A DNA stretch of 64,000 nt, taken from a virus (lineage: Duplodnaviria; Caudoviricetes). The position numbers and the translations under genes were made by a program. A model generated the notes under the pieces. It saw only the letters and a program-made list of their open reading frames with translations, was not told where the DNA came from and did no database searches. Position 1 is the stretch's first letter; every line of letters begins with the position of its first letter. The stretch is taken from positions 275 through 64,274 of the IMG/VR virus record IMGVR_UViG_3300048691_000203. One strand, 5' to 3'. Positions 21,208-30,539 of this stretch are shown here, in pieces.

Positions 21208-21993
21208 ATGCCGACCCTGAAATTCTCGGAATACCTAGCAGAGTCGGACGCCAACTCACTCCCATCTGTCACAATCCTCCCAGGATCGCACGCAGACGCA
21301 GTTAAAAATGCCATGCCTGAATATGGTGACGCAGTTCGGTGTGCGAGCAATGGTGCAGTGTTATATCGTGCTGTTAAACTATCGATGAATCATTCGTATG
21401 CGGTCGATCCAAAAACTGGCACCAGAACATCGACAAACGAACGCAATCACCACACCGTACTGATGTCGGATATTCTGCCATCATGGGCAAGCTATCCCAG
21501 ACGAGATAAATCTCTGTGCTGTACCAATAGCGAATCTGTCGCACTAGGTTATGGCCGCCAAGTATTTGTCGCATTACCTCACAATGGCACAACTCTTGCT
21601 GTCGCACCGCTAGGGGACATGTGGGAATCTTTCTCCATTACAAACCTAGAGAATTTGGCGTGGGATATAATCGACGCAACCGCCAAAACTATATCAACCA
21701 GTTCTTATAAGGCGGCTAGGTATCACGCTGAGAACCTCGAGACTCTAATCGACATAAGCTCCATCCTAGAAATTGTTGGAGCACGGGCTAATAAAGCTGA
21801 GCTTACTGAGTGGTTGAATACACACAACCTCATGGCAAAGTTTGACAAGTATCTCAACCCCGAAACTAATGGGTTCAAGTTGATTAGTATATCCGAGCTG
21901 CCGACTTTAACTAAGCGCTCTCATGAGATTTGGTTCTCATCTCCAGCCATCCTCATTCCAGATGATAATTTCATCGCACCAACAAACCAATGA
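21208..21993 (+). CDS. Putative internal head protein, ADP-ribosyltransferase-like paralog 1
   Basis: Leader 'KFSEYLAE|S'; LYRA ... SLCCTN ... HEIW; paralog of 37653 and 46671. Confidence 0.5.
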   Translation: MPTLKFSEYLAESDANSLPSVTILPGSHADAVKNAMPEYGDAVRCASNGAVLYRAVKLSMNHSYAVDPKTGTRTSTNERNHHTVLMSDILPSWASYPRRDKSLCCTNSESVALGYGRQVFVALPHNGTTLAVAPLGDMWESFSITNLENLAWDIIDATAKTISTSSYKAARYHAENLETLIDISSILEIVGARANKAELTEWLNTHNLMAKFDKYLNPETNGFKLISISELPTLTKRSHEIWFSSPAILIPDDNFIAPTNQ

Positions 21994-22706
21994 AATTCTC
22001 AGACTACCTATCCGAATCGATCAACGATAAAGGAATATTTAAAGCAGTATTCTTTGCTGGTTCCCCGGGGGCTGGCAAGAGTTATGTATCCAAACAAATT
22101 ACATCTGGTGGTGTAGCGCCCCGGTTAGTGAATACCGACAAAGCCTACGAACACCTGGTGCACGCTGCAGGAGCACAGTTTTCTGGAACTGCTGATGAAT
22201 ATGTCGATAAAGCAATGCAACTGACGCAGACGTCTCTCGTAAACTACATCAATGGTGTACTTCCGCTCTACATCGACGGAACTAGTAATAGCCCCAGTTC
22301 ACTTTTTCAGCGGATGGGTATCTTAGAATCTTTTGGATATGATGTTGGAATGGTGTTTATTAATACCGATCTTGACGTTGCGTTAGATAGGGCAGCAAGT
22401 CGCGAAAGGTTTGTTCCACCTGATTTTATCAAGTCTGTCCATGCTAAAGTAAACAAGAACAAATCATTTTATGCATCTAAGTTTGGACGTAACTTCGTTG
22501 AGATCACAAACAACGGTGAATTAACTGATGAAGTTATTTTGGGTGGATACAGAAAAATGAGTAGCTTCTTCAGCTCCCCAATACAATCACCCATTGGGCA
22601 AGATTTAAAAGAACGCATGGTAGAGGACAGACAGCAATACCTAGCACCAAACTATTTTTCTATCGAACAGATCCAGAAAAAGGTATCAGTTTGGTATAAT
22701 TCTTAG
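21990..22706 (+). CDS. P-loop kinase (zeta toxin/AAA_33-like), putative internal head protein
   Basis: Walker A 'AGSPGAGKS', 'VNTD', 'IDGT', 'R...RER.VP'; leader 'MKFSDYLSE|S'. Confidence 0.75.
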   Translation: MKFSDYLSESINDKGIFKAVFFAGSPGAGKSYVSKQITSGGVAPRLVNTDKAYEHLVHAAGAQFSGTADEYVDKAMQLTQTSLVNYINGVLPLYIDGTSNSPSSLFQRMGILESFGYDVGMVFINTDLDVALDRAASRERFVPPDFIKSVHAKVNKNKSFYASKFGRNFVEITNNGELTDEVILGGYRKMSSFFSSPIQSPIGQDLKERMVEDRQQYLAPNYFSIEQIQKKVSVWYNS

Positions 22707-22848
22707 TGTTATTCTAACCCAACAATTTAATGAAATGAGCGCGACAAAATGAATTTTTTACTATCAATTCTGCCAGAATTTTTCGCAAGGTGACAGCAAT
22801 ATACCGTCAACTAATTTTGATGTATATCAATTAGATCCTGACTTAGAG

Positions 22849-23244
22849 TTGTCTGAAATAGGTCCCGTGCTGTTCACATCACACAATCTAGCTACAGCAA
22901 CTATGGAAATGAATCGAATTCACAAAGATCGTGGCATCGAGGTAGGTGTTCTACAGGATGGTGAATACTGGAGGCAGTATATTAAAAATGATGATGTTGC
23001 AGAAGCGACTGATTGGATAGGTTCGGCAAAAACTCACGCACCTGATCACCTCTTTAGTGACGGATCAATTTCCGAAATCGTGAAGTGGGCACTATCAGCA
23101 CATTCAGGTGATTCTAAGAGAGCACTAGCCTCATTGAGTTTCTTCTTGAATCGCAATAGTAATATATCATCAAGAATTGTTGCCAAAGTTGAGGCTGCCA
23201 AGGACATCATCAAGCGAGATGCTGAACTAGCTCAATTGAAGTAA
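22849..23244 (+). CDS. Hypothetical protein with DUF3175-like C-terminus; true 5' end possibly frameshifted
   Basis: 'LF..GS..EI...KRALASLSFFLNR' resembles DUF3175 as I recall it; frame open from 22753; upstream ATG 22749 is in another frame. Confidence 0.45.
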   Translation: MSEIGPVLFTSHNLATATMEMNRIHKDRGIEVGVLQDGEYWRQYIKNDDVAEATDWIGSAKTHAPDHLFSDGSISEIVKWALSAHSGDSKRALASLSFFLNRNSNISSRIVAKVEAAKDIIKRDAELAQLK

Positions 23245-23251
23245 CCATCTC

Positions 23252-25906
23252 TCAAAATACCATCGGCATATCATCATAGTCATCAGTACTATCGGTAATC
23301 TCATCATCTAACTCACCAACTTCATACAGTGTTTGAAATGCGTCTGGGTCATAAGACGACATCTGTTTGAGCACTCTACATATCAACAACCAGGTACTGA
23401 TACAGTCATCAGTACTCCCTGTCTGTGCAGCATAACTACCCTTCGTCTGTATGTACGTTTTAATTTCGCGGATAATATCAGCGCTCTTCATACCCAACTT
23501 ACCAGCTTCTGTCATTTCCTTAAAAACCTTACAGGCTTGGAGTTTGGTACGAGCATTTGTATTCATACCTATTTGTCGTCCATCATCACTAACGATCGAG
23601 ACATTCTCAGGCAACTTCTCATCAGTTTCGAATAGCGTTATGATACCCTCACCGACCCCATTGTTCTCGACTGTAAAATGCACCTCCCAACCTGCATCGT
23701 CCGCCTTTTTCCAGATGTACCGTAGTATTTTGTATATGTCGCCTGTTGCGCTGATATTGGAGCGAAACTCCATCATCTGCTCAAGAGTTGGATACTCAAC
23801 TACTGTCACTACTGTATAGTCCCCACCCAAACCCTTACTTGGGTCACAAGTAACAATACACTGCTTGTTATACTCCTTCGTTGGTGGAGGATTGTTGTAT
23901 TGTTCAGCGTAGCTATAGTTGTTAAGATTTGTATCACGATTAATAGGAAGGGCACGCGCTTGGTAATCTTTTTCGAAATTCTTCCAAATTTTGATTCCGT
24001 GATTTGTATCGATGGGTTCCATTGATTTCAGCGTCTGTGCAAAAATACTGGAGATCAGGAGTGGTTCAGATGATAAAAAACGGCACTCAAACTCCTGTTG
24101 CCACACCAACAAGCCATTCTTGGATATTTCACGCTCTTTAAACGCTTCGCCACGCCCTGGTACTTGATTCCACTCAATGGCATGCGACACAAACCCATTT
24201 GTGCCAGCCTCGGCACCTCGCCACAGTGTAGCAAACAGATCTGCATCACCGTTTGGTGTAGATGTGATGAATAGCTTACCACCAGTCGCCAGAGTAGGTG
24301 AAATCGAAGCCCACATCAACTCCTGAACTCTAGGTGGCACGAACCCAACCTCATCCAGATATAGGATCGAAAAAGAACCACCTCGACCAGTCGTCTCGCT
24401 AGTAGCATCACTTTCAATTCGACATCCATTATCAAACTTCAAACTCAGTGCATTCCACCCATCATCCTTAACCCCTGGCTTCAACCACATTGGCAGGTGC
24501 TCGTACATGTACTTGATACGAGTAATCATGGCTCGTGAGTTTTTGTGCTTATTACTCGCGATTAGTACAGTCTTGTCCTTGCGGAAAATAGAGAACCAAA
24601 ACAAATATGCGCAACTGCTCTCAGAATTGTGTGTGAGTATTAACTCAGTCCCAGCACAAAATAGATGATCATGAGCAGCAACAGAAATACACTTAGACTG
24701 GAAGTTTGTTCCTAGCTCTGTTATACCAACTATTGTCCTACTGTTGGAATACCTAGCACGAGGGGCACTAATTCGCTGGCGGCGCAACTTGTGTGGAATC
24801 CTGAACGCATCAAATTGATCTCGTGTGATAATAAAGGATAGTCTGGTGCTGTTTGTCTGCTCGAATTCCTTAGTACTGACCTTAATGCCCAAACTTTCTA
24901 TTAGTTGTTTGACGTCTGATATTAGAGTTGTGTTTTTTCTGGTTAACTGAATTGCTAGTTCAGAACCAGTGGAATTGATAAACCCATCTGTGTCCATTAA
25001 TCCTTGTAGTAGCGCAATCCTATCAGAAATATGTGCCTGCTTATAACTATCTGGAATACATTTGCTTTTTACGCTCCCTGGCTTTGCCTCCTGGCGTACA
25101 CCCAACAAACCAAGCTTTTGGTAGAAGCTTGAGTTTTGTATCAAGTATGATCGGCAGTTTTTACCAATTTGAACTGATGATGGTACGACTTTAAATATGA
25201 AACCTTGATTTTGAAAGTGATTCGTGTGTTCGTCGTGGCACGTAAAGTATGCGTTTCTGGAGTGACCATCTCCTAACCACGCTCCCAATAGATAAGGCTC
25301 GATCAACAAATCTGATTTTGAGAATTCGATTGGTTTGACTGTAGGTATGTAATATGCGTACTCGGTATACCCGTTCGACTTCGACTTACACCAGTTACTG
25401 TCTAGCAACTCCTTGGTGGTGAGAGTGCATTTTTTATGCTTTAGGAATCGATTATATACAGTCCACTTGTGGGTTTCACTAGCGCGTATGACACTACCAT
25501 CGTTAAATCTAACTTCATACATATTAGGCTCAGTGAATGTGGGAGATTCGTCAATTACTAGAGTAGGTTTACCATCACTACCATACACGTAATCGCCAGG
25601 GTGGACATCGCCCATCCGCTTAAAGCCACTTGGTGTGAGTATTGGAGTTTCGATACACAAGTCCTTACCAGATTGCCGCGACCACTTAACAATCACATCC
25701 TTGTTGGTGTGATATTCATCAACAAGCTCTTTTTGGTAGTCGTACATCACGAATAGAGTCTGACCTCTCACGGGGTGACTGACATACACGTAATTTTCAA
25801 TAAAGTACAGCGGGTCATTGAAGCACTTAGTGTATTCGATTACCTGAGCCTCAGTCAGGTCTGAAGCCTCGCCTGCTTTTTTAATTAGTGGATTTTTTGT
25901 AGCCAA
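23252..25906 (-). CDS. terL: Terminase large subunit (T4 gp17-like) containing an intein
   Basis: 'DPLYFIENY', Walker A 'SRQSGK|S', Walker B 'LYLDE', 'ITSTPNG', 'QQEFEC', nuclease 'DPSKG.G.DY', 'VENNGVG', 'TDD'. Confidence 0.95.
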   Translation of the reverse strand: MATKNPLIKKAGEASDLTEAQVIEYTKCFNDPLYFIENYVYVSHPVRGQTLFVMYDYQKELVDEYHTNKDVIVKWSRQSGKDLCIETPILTPSGFKRMGDVHPGDYVYGSDGKPTLVIDESPTFTEPNMYEVRFNDGSVIRASETHKWTVYNRFLKHKKCTLTTKELLDSNWCKSKSNGYTEYAYYIPTVKPIEFSKSDLLIEPYLLGAWLGDGHSRNAYFTCHDEHTNHFQNQGFIFKVVPSSVQIGKNCRSYLIQNSSFYQKLGLLGVRQEAKPGSVKSKCIPDSYKQAHISDRIALLQGLMDTDGFINSTGSELAIQLTRKNTTLISDVKQLIESLGIKVSTKEFEQTNSTRLSFIITRDQFDAFRIPHKLRRQRISAPRARYSNSRTIVGITELGTNFQSKCISVAAHDHLFCAGTELILTHNSESSCAYLFWFSIFRKDKTVLIASNKHKNSRAMITRIKYMYEHLPMWLKPGVKDDGWNALSLKFDNGCRIESDATSETTGRGGSFSILYLDEVGFVPPRVQELMWASISPTLATGGKLFITSTPNGDADLFATLWRGAEAGTNGFVSHAIEWNQVPGRGEAFKEREISKNGLLVWQQEFECRFLSSEPLLISSIFAQTLKSMEPIDTNHGIKIWKNFEKDYQARALPINRDTNLNNYSYAEQYNNPPPTKEYNKQCIVTCDPSKGLGGDYTVVTVVEYPTLEQMMEFRSNISATGDIYKILRYIWKKADDAGWEVHFTVENNGVGEGIITLFETDEKLPENVSIVSDDGRQIGMNTNARTKLQACKVFKEMTEAGKLGMKSADIIREIKTYIQTKGSYAAQTGSTDDCISTWLLICRVLKQMSSYDPDAFQTLYEVGELDDEITDSTDDYDDMPMVF
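24626..25663 (-). mobile_element. Class 3 intein (346 aa, residues 82-427) with LAGLIDADG homing endonuclease in the terminase Walker A
   Basis: Starts 'DLCIETPILTP.G', block B 'SETHKW', LAGLIDADG motifs 'LLGAWLGDG' and 'LLQGLMDTDG', block F 'KCISV', ends 'LTHN|S'. Confidence 0.9.
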
Positions 25907-25923
25907 CAGCCGCCCCTTTGAGT

Positions 25924-25944
25924 GTAAATAGTACTATTATTTAC
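25924..25944. promoter_or_regulatory. Overlapping face-to-face late promoter cores for terL (-) and the endonuclease (+)
   Basis: GTAAATA (25924-25930) and TATTTAC (25938-25944) form an inverted pair. Confidence 0.55.
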
Positions 25945-25978
25945 GACCCACATTTTCCGTGTATTCTCACCACATTCA

Positions 25979-27400
25979 ATGGCAACACTAACACACGAAA
26001 CATTTTTAGATAATACTAGACAACTCCACGACGGCACACAGCCCACTGATGCCATCACTGTATTACTACACTTAACAATTGTGGGTGCAACCCATGAGCC
26101 AATCAATCAAACACCTGCAGAGCACATTCATGGAAACCAGGGCTGTCCTCGGTGGGCAACTGTATCAAAGTCTAAGAAATCTCAGACGAAGTGGACACTA
26201 GATACCTTCTTAAAAAAAGCACACACAACTCATGGTAACAAGTATGAGTATTCTACAGTTAAGTGGACGGAGTCCGACAGCTCAAAAACACGCGTTACAA
26301 TCAACTGTCCAGTTCATGGAGAATTCACACAAACGGCAGCAAATCACGTCGGCGGAAACGGTTGTCCAAGGTGTTCGGTAACAGGCGCGCTGTCCAGCGC
26401 GGATTTTATTGAAAGCACCACTCGTGTGCATGGTGATGTGTATGACTATACCCGAGTACTACACGAATGGACACTAACTACAAAGACAGACTCTAAGGTG
26501 ATGATCACTTGTAGAACCCACGGAGATTTCTACCAAAAAATTGCCAACCACATCCACCTCAAGAATGGTTGTCCGAAGTGTGCCAAAACTTCTCGAACCA
26601 CTCAACAGGGGTTTCTCACAAAAGCTCGCACGATACACGGTGACCGATATGATTACTCTAGTGTCGAGTGGTCGGAACAAACTAACGTTAACAGTAAAAT
26701 TACAATCACTTGCATGATGCACGGACTATTCACACAAAACATCCGTAACCACATTGTCGGTAAGAATGGGTGCCCGACTTGTGCAGGTAAGACCAAACTA
26801 ACAAGTCAAGTATTTGTTACCAGAGCTCGTGAGATACATGGCACCAAGTATGATTATTCACGTGTAGTCATCGGTGAAGAGTTCTTCATGAATAATACAA
26901 AACTCATTATCGGTTGTGAGAAGCACGGTGATTTCACCCAAACCGCAGCCAAACATATAAATGCTAGGACTGGGTGTCCTGGGTGCAAAGCTAGTAAAGG
27001 TGAGGCTGCAGTTCAGATGTGGTTAGATGCTCATAGCATCGCGTACACACCTCAGAAAATGTTCGATGGTTGCATCAACACTCTCACTGGGCGTAAGCTA
27101 AAGTATGACTTTTATGTACCTGAACACAATACGTGTATTGAATTCCACGGCCAACAGCACTATCAAGCAATATTGATTGGCAATAATGACCAGGTTAACT
27201 GGACACAACAACAGCACACGCGTGCTCAAGTTGTATTTGAAGAACAACGCCACCGAGATCGAGTGAAGGTGCAATATTGTGTTGATAATGACATCAAGAT
27301 GTTGGTAATTGCATATACTGAAATCAAACAAGTTGATGTGTTGTTGACTAATTTTTTCTGTTTGGGTTTAGATGTGTCGTTAAAATCTGGAGTTCATTAA
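25979..27400 (+). CDS. Homing-endonuclease-like protein: Zn-binding repeats plus C-terminal PD-(D/E)xK (DUF559/Vsr-like) domain
   Basis: Four 'HG..YDYS.V...I.C..HG.F.Q....H...GCP.C' repeats plus a degenerate first copy; 'SKGE', 'YDFY', 'IEFHGQQHY'. Confidence 0.8.
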   Translation: MATLTHETFLDNTRQLHDGTQPTDAITVLLHLTIVGATHEPINQTPAEHIHGNQGCPRWATVSKSKKSQTKWTLDTFLKKAHTTHGNKYEYSTVKWTESDSSKTRVTINCPVHGEFTQTAANHVGGNGCPRCSVTGALSSADFIESTTRVHGDVYDYTRVLHEWTLTTKTDSKVMITCRTHGDFYQKIANHIHLKNGCPKCAKTSRTTQQGFLTKARTIHGDRYDYSSVEWSEQTNVNSKITITCMMHGLFTQNIRNHIVGKNGCPTCAGKTKLTSQVFVTRAREIHGTKYDYSRVVIGEEFFMNNTKLIIGCEKHGDFTQTAAKHINARTGCPGCKASKGEAAVQMWLDAHSIAYTPQKMFDGCINTLTGRKLKYDFYVPEHNTCIEFHGQQHYQAILIGNNDQVNWTQQQHTRAQVVFEEQRHRDRVKVQYCVDNDIKMLVIAYTEIKQVDVLLTNFFCLGLDVSLKSGVH

Positions 27401-27549
27401 GTATGTTATATTAGCACCAACTACACATTTGATGGGTAGTTCAGAATTGCAATTGCTTGGTCAGGTCTCGTGGTCTCATAAAGCACATCTCCATAACACC
27501 ACAGAACTCTGTGGTGTAAACGAGTATGTACATATCTAGAGTTGAATGT

Positions 27550-27557
27550 TATAAATA
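27550..27557 (+). promoter_or_regulatory. T4-type late promoter TATAAATA (tail tube)
   Basis: Exact T4 late consensus upstream of SD AGGAG and ATG 27581. Confidence 0.75.
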
Positions 27558-27580
27558 GGGGAATACACAGGAGAAAAACA

Positions 27581-28168
27581 ATGGCTCGACTTTTAGATGT
27601 TGGTGGTGTACCCGAATTAGGTACAGCTTTCTTGCAGCCCAAACAGCAAAACAAATGGAGAATCCAATTTTTTGGAATTGGAGAACTGCCGACAAGCCAA
27701 AACTTATCGTTGCAGTGCAAAAAAGTCGATCGTCCTGATTTGACTTTTGATAGTCACACATTGCATAGATACAACTCTCGTGCTAACTATCTCGGCAAAC
27801 ATAAGTTTGGTGACCTTCAAGCAACATTCGATGATGACATCGGATCTAGCGCAAGTCGTGTTATCCAAGCTCAGTTGCAACGTCAACAACACTTGATTGG
27901 TGCAGAAGGTCCATACTTGGCTGCTTCTCAAGAAGGCTCGATGTACAAGTTTGCGACTGTACTAGATTTGTTGAATGGCAATGATGTCGTGTTAGAAACA
28001 TGGACATACGAAGGTTGCCAAATAACATCATACAAGACCAGTGGACTTGACTATGCTAACAGTGATGGTTTGACTATTGATTTGACAATCCAAATCGATC
28101 ACGCATTCCAGACATTTGCTGATAACATTAAGCCTGGTGTGATGTTAGGTGGCGTTGGCCCTTACTAA
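27581..28168 (+). CDS. Tail tube protein (T4 gp19-like)
   Basis: 'QPK.QNKWRI.F', 'RP.L.F', 'GKH', 'E.W..EGC', 'LDYA.S....I.LTI..D'; strong SD. Confidence 0.85.
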   Translation: MARLLDVGGVPELGTAFLQPKQQNKWRIQFFGIGELPTSQNLSLQCKKVDRPDLTFDSHTLHRYNSRANYLGKHKFGDLQATFDDDIGSSASRVIQAQLQRQQHLIGAEGPYLAASQEGSMYKFATVLDLLNGNDVVLETWTYEGCQITSYKTSGLDYANSDGLTIDLTIQIDHAFQTFADNIKPGVMLGGVGPY

Positions 28169-28181
28169 TTCTCAGTAATGT

Positions 28182-28209
28182 AAAAATCTGCCTTCGGGCA
28201 GATTTTTTT
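28182..28209 (+). terminator. Rho-independent terminator after tail tube
   Basis: AAAAATCTGCC-TTCG-GGCAGATTTTTTT (cUUCGg loop). Confidence 0.9.
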
Positions 28210-28362
28210 GCACTTTCAGTCGATCAATTTGCGAAATGTTATTGTAAATGACGCGAGTAGTACCCAAAATGGAACTGATTGATACTGTTAATGTGACTCA
28301 CCGCCCGTTTTTGGTCCTGCTCAATATAAATAACGCATACACACAACAAATAATATTGCATC

Positions 28363-28812
28363 ATGAACGAACAACAACTCCGCCTGGCCAGAATGGCCGG
28401 CATTACACTAAAAGAATCTGACTACTCTGAAGAGCCTGAGATGTCACCTGAGCAAGTTGATGGTGAACTTGAACAAACTCCAGCTGAGCGACTAGCCGCA
28501 GCCCTCGCGAGTATTCCAGATGTAGACAGCATTGAAGGTTGTGAAGGTGAGATTGAAGCCCTTATTACAGCCGCAGAAGCACTCAGTGCAGCATGTGCTC
28601 CTGTCGATCAAGAGCAGGAACAAGAATCTGATGAGTTAACAGAGGGCGCATCATCGTCGTACATGTTCTCCAAAAAATCGAAAGAACTCTTTGATATCGA
28701 CGAAGATACGTACATTGAGGTGAAAGCAGAATCTCCAATTCAAGCTGTAATCAAAGCGAAAGAGCTATTCAAGAAAGATGGGTATACTGGTAAAATTCAC
28801 CTGGTTAGCTAA
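28363..28812 (+). CDS. Acidic putative internal head protein
   Basis: Leader 'RLARMAGITLKE|S', internal 'LTE|G'; TATAAATA at 28325-28332. Confidence 0.55.
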   Translation: MNEQQLRLARMAGITLKESDYSEEPEMSPEQVDGELEQTPAERLAAALASIPDVDSIEGCEGEIEALITAAEALSAACAPVDQEQEQESDELTEGASSSYMFSKKSKELFDIDEDTYIEVKAESPIQAVIKAKELFKKDGYTGKIHLVS

Positions 28813-28831
28813 TACTAACAGCATCCACAAC

Positions 28832-28866
28832 TAAATAACCCCACACACAATGTGGGGTTTCCTTTT
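28832..28866 (+). promoter_or_regulatory. Late core TAAATA abutting a 9-bp hairpin with a T-rich tail upstream of the gp4-like gene
   Basis: TAAATA 28832-28837; AACCCCACA (28837-28845) / TGTGGGGTT (28851-28859); then TCCTTTT. Confidence 0.55.
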
Positions 28867-29311
28867 GGCTTCAAAATATCACCAAGGTCGCTACCGACCT
28901 CTCAATCCCAGTAAATTCGAAGGTGATCTGAACAACATTATCTTCCGAAGTTCGTGGGAGTTACGGTGCCTACAGTTCTTTGACAATAATCCTGGCATCA
29001 CCAAGGTGCTATCTGAAGAAATTAAAATCCCATACTGGAATCCAGTAAAGAACAAACCTGCGAACTATTATCCTGATTTCTATATAGAGATCACCGACTC
29101 AACAGGGGCTCTTCAACGAAGGTTGCTTGAGATCAAACCTAAAAGTCAAGTAAATGAGCAGAAGAAAGAAAGCACTTACGCGCAGCTCACCCGTGCTGTC
29201 AATTACGCTAAGTGGCAATCCGCCCAGAAGTGGTGTGACGAGAGAGGGATTCGATTTCAGATAATAACTGAAGATCAAATATTCGGTGCACCTGTCAAAA
29301 AAGCTAAATAA
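28865..29311 (+). CDS. Head completion nuclease (T4 gp4-like, TnsA-type)
   Basis: 'P.NP.K..G....I.FRSSWE', 'SEEI.IPY', 'Y.PDF', 'EIKP..Q', 'N.AKW..A..WC'; TTG start at 28865 preferred over ATG 28850. Confidence 0.9.
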   Translation: MASKYHQGRYRPLNPSKFEGDLNNIIFRSSWELRCLQFFDNNPGITKVLSEEIKIPYWNPVKNKPANYYPDFYIEITDSTGALQRRLLEIKPKSQVNEQKKESTYAQLTRAVNYAKWQSAQKWCDERGIRFQIITEDQIFGAPVKKAK

Positions 29312-29340
29312 GCTAAATAAGCTACAATCTTAGAAACCTC

Positions 29341-29811
29341 ATGTCACTCTTAACACAAATCCTCCGAGAAATGGCTACTACCAACGAGTCTGCCGCATAC
29401 GCCAAACAATTGGTTCGTGGTGAAAAATATGGCCCAGGCATTCTCAACAAATTAGATCGCTGGTTTATGGATGCAATGTTCACTAAACACAAAGACAGGT
29501 TTATTCCTACTGATGCGGCACTCAAGCAGTTAAAGCAAGCTGGTTTTAGTGATGATCAGATCTCGATAATCAGGGATGCAGCTATTTCAGCTAGTTATGT
29601 TGCTTTGGATAGGATGATAGCAAAATATCCAGAAAGAGTACCTACTAAGTATGTTTCTCGTACGAATTCCACAGCATTCCAACTCGGTGATTTGTATCTC
29701 AATGTGTCTGAGGAACTGCATGATGAATATTTGGAGCTGATGCAGAAGTTATTCGACTCAAAGCTAGACAAGCAGGCTGCTCACTTAGATATCACACCTA
29801 TTGAGAAATGA
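29341..29811 (+). CDS. Hypothetical protein, putative internal head protein
   Basis: Leader 'MSLLTQILRE'; tandem TAAATA at 29305-29310 and 29314-29319. Confidence 0.5.
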   Translation: MSLLTQILREMATTNESAAYAKQLVRGEKYGPGILNKLDRWFMDAMFTKHKDRFIPTDAALKQLKQAGFSDDQISIIRDAAISASYVALDRMIAKYPERVPTKYVSRTNSTAFQLGDLYLNVSEELHDEYLELMQKLFDSKLDKQAAHLDITPIEK

Positions 29812-29842
29812 TTGCATTAATTTAATTAACTACCAACACATA

Positions 29843-30460
29843 ATGTATCTCTTCCAAACTACACTACACGAATACGCACAAAGCTTGAGTGAGTCTACCA
29901 TAGACCACGGACCAACAACCGGTGGGTACTGGTCTAATCTTAGATGGGTAAAGCACCGATCGGGTGTGGGAATGCCAGAAGTAACTTTATTTGGTGGGCC
30001 AGAAGGAGATACAACTGGCCATGCCTACAGAGCAGTGTTTATTAAGTATACAGACGGTCTAGATCCTAATATTCAGTTCTCGCGAACTGGCGTTCATAAT
30101 CCCGATCGTGGTTCCTCGACCGTGAGATTCGGAACAAACACCAAAGATTTTACCTCACCAACAGAAATCAACCCATACCTACAATCCATCGGTCTGCCAG
30201 AACTATCCACATCTGACTTAAATTATATTACTAAGGATGCAGACAGATATCACATCCCTGTGCAGTACGAGCACAGTACCCGCGGAACGACGGTAGCATT
30301 TCCCAAAGAATTCTTTGCCTCAATTAAAGCTGACTCGAATGATGCTCAATCGTTCGTATTTGCTGCAACCCGCGCAATGAAGAAAAAACTTGACTTCATC
30401 CCTTCTCGCCCGAGCCCCACTATATCAACTGCCTTAACAAAACTGTTTAACGATATGTAA
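29843..30460 (+). CDS. Hypothetical protein, putative internal head protein
   Basis: Leader 'MYLFQTTLHE...LSE|S'. Confidence 0.5.
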   Translation: MYLFQTTLHEYAQSLSESTIDHGPTTGGYWSNLRWVKHRSGVGMPEVTLFGGPEGDTTGHAYRAVFIKYTDGLDPNIQFSRTGVHNPDRGSSTVRFGTNTKDFTSPTEINPYLQSIGLPELSTSDLNYITKDADRYHIPVQYEHSTRGTTVAFPKEFFASIKADSNDAQSFVFAATRAMKKKLDFIPSRPSPTISTALTKLFNDM

Positions 30461-30539
30461 CACACACGCGAGAGTGATACTAACTGCCTGTGTGGTGTGT
30501 GAAATGAAGTAAATACAGAACTTCTTGATGGCACATACA

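Noticed and set aside
28217-28287. Imperfect long hairpin after the tail tube terminator as ncRNA
   Set aside because: Pairing needs several mismatches and G-U pairs in AT-rich sequence; not supportable without covariation.
28865-29311. Tn7-like transposon (TnsA-type nuclease)
   Set aside because: Sequence matches the T4 gp4 head-completion family; no TnsB/C genes or transposon ends seen.
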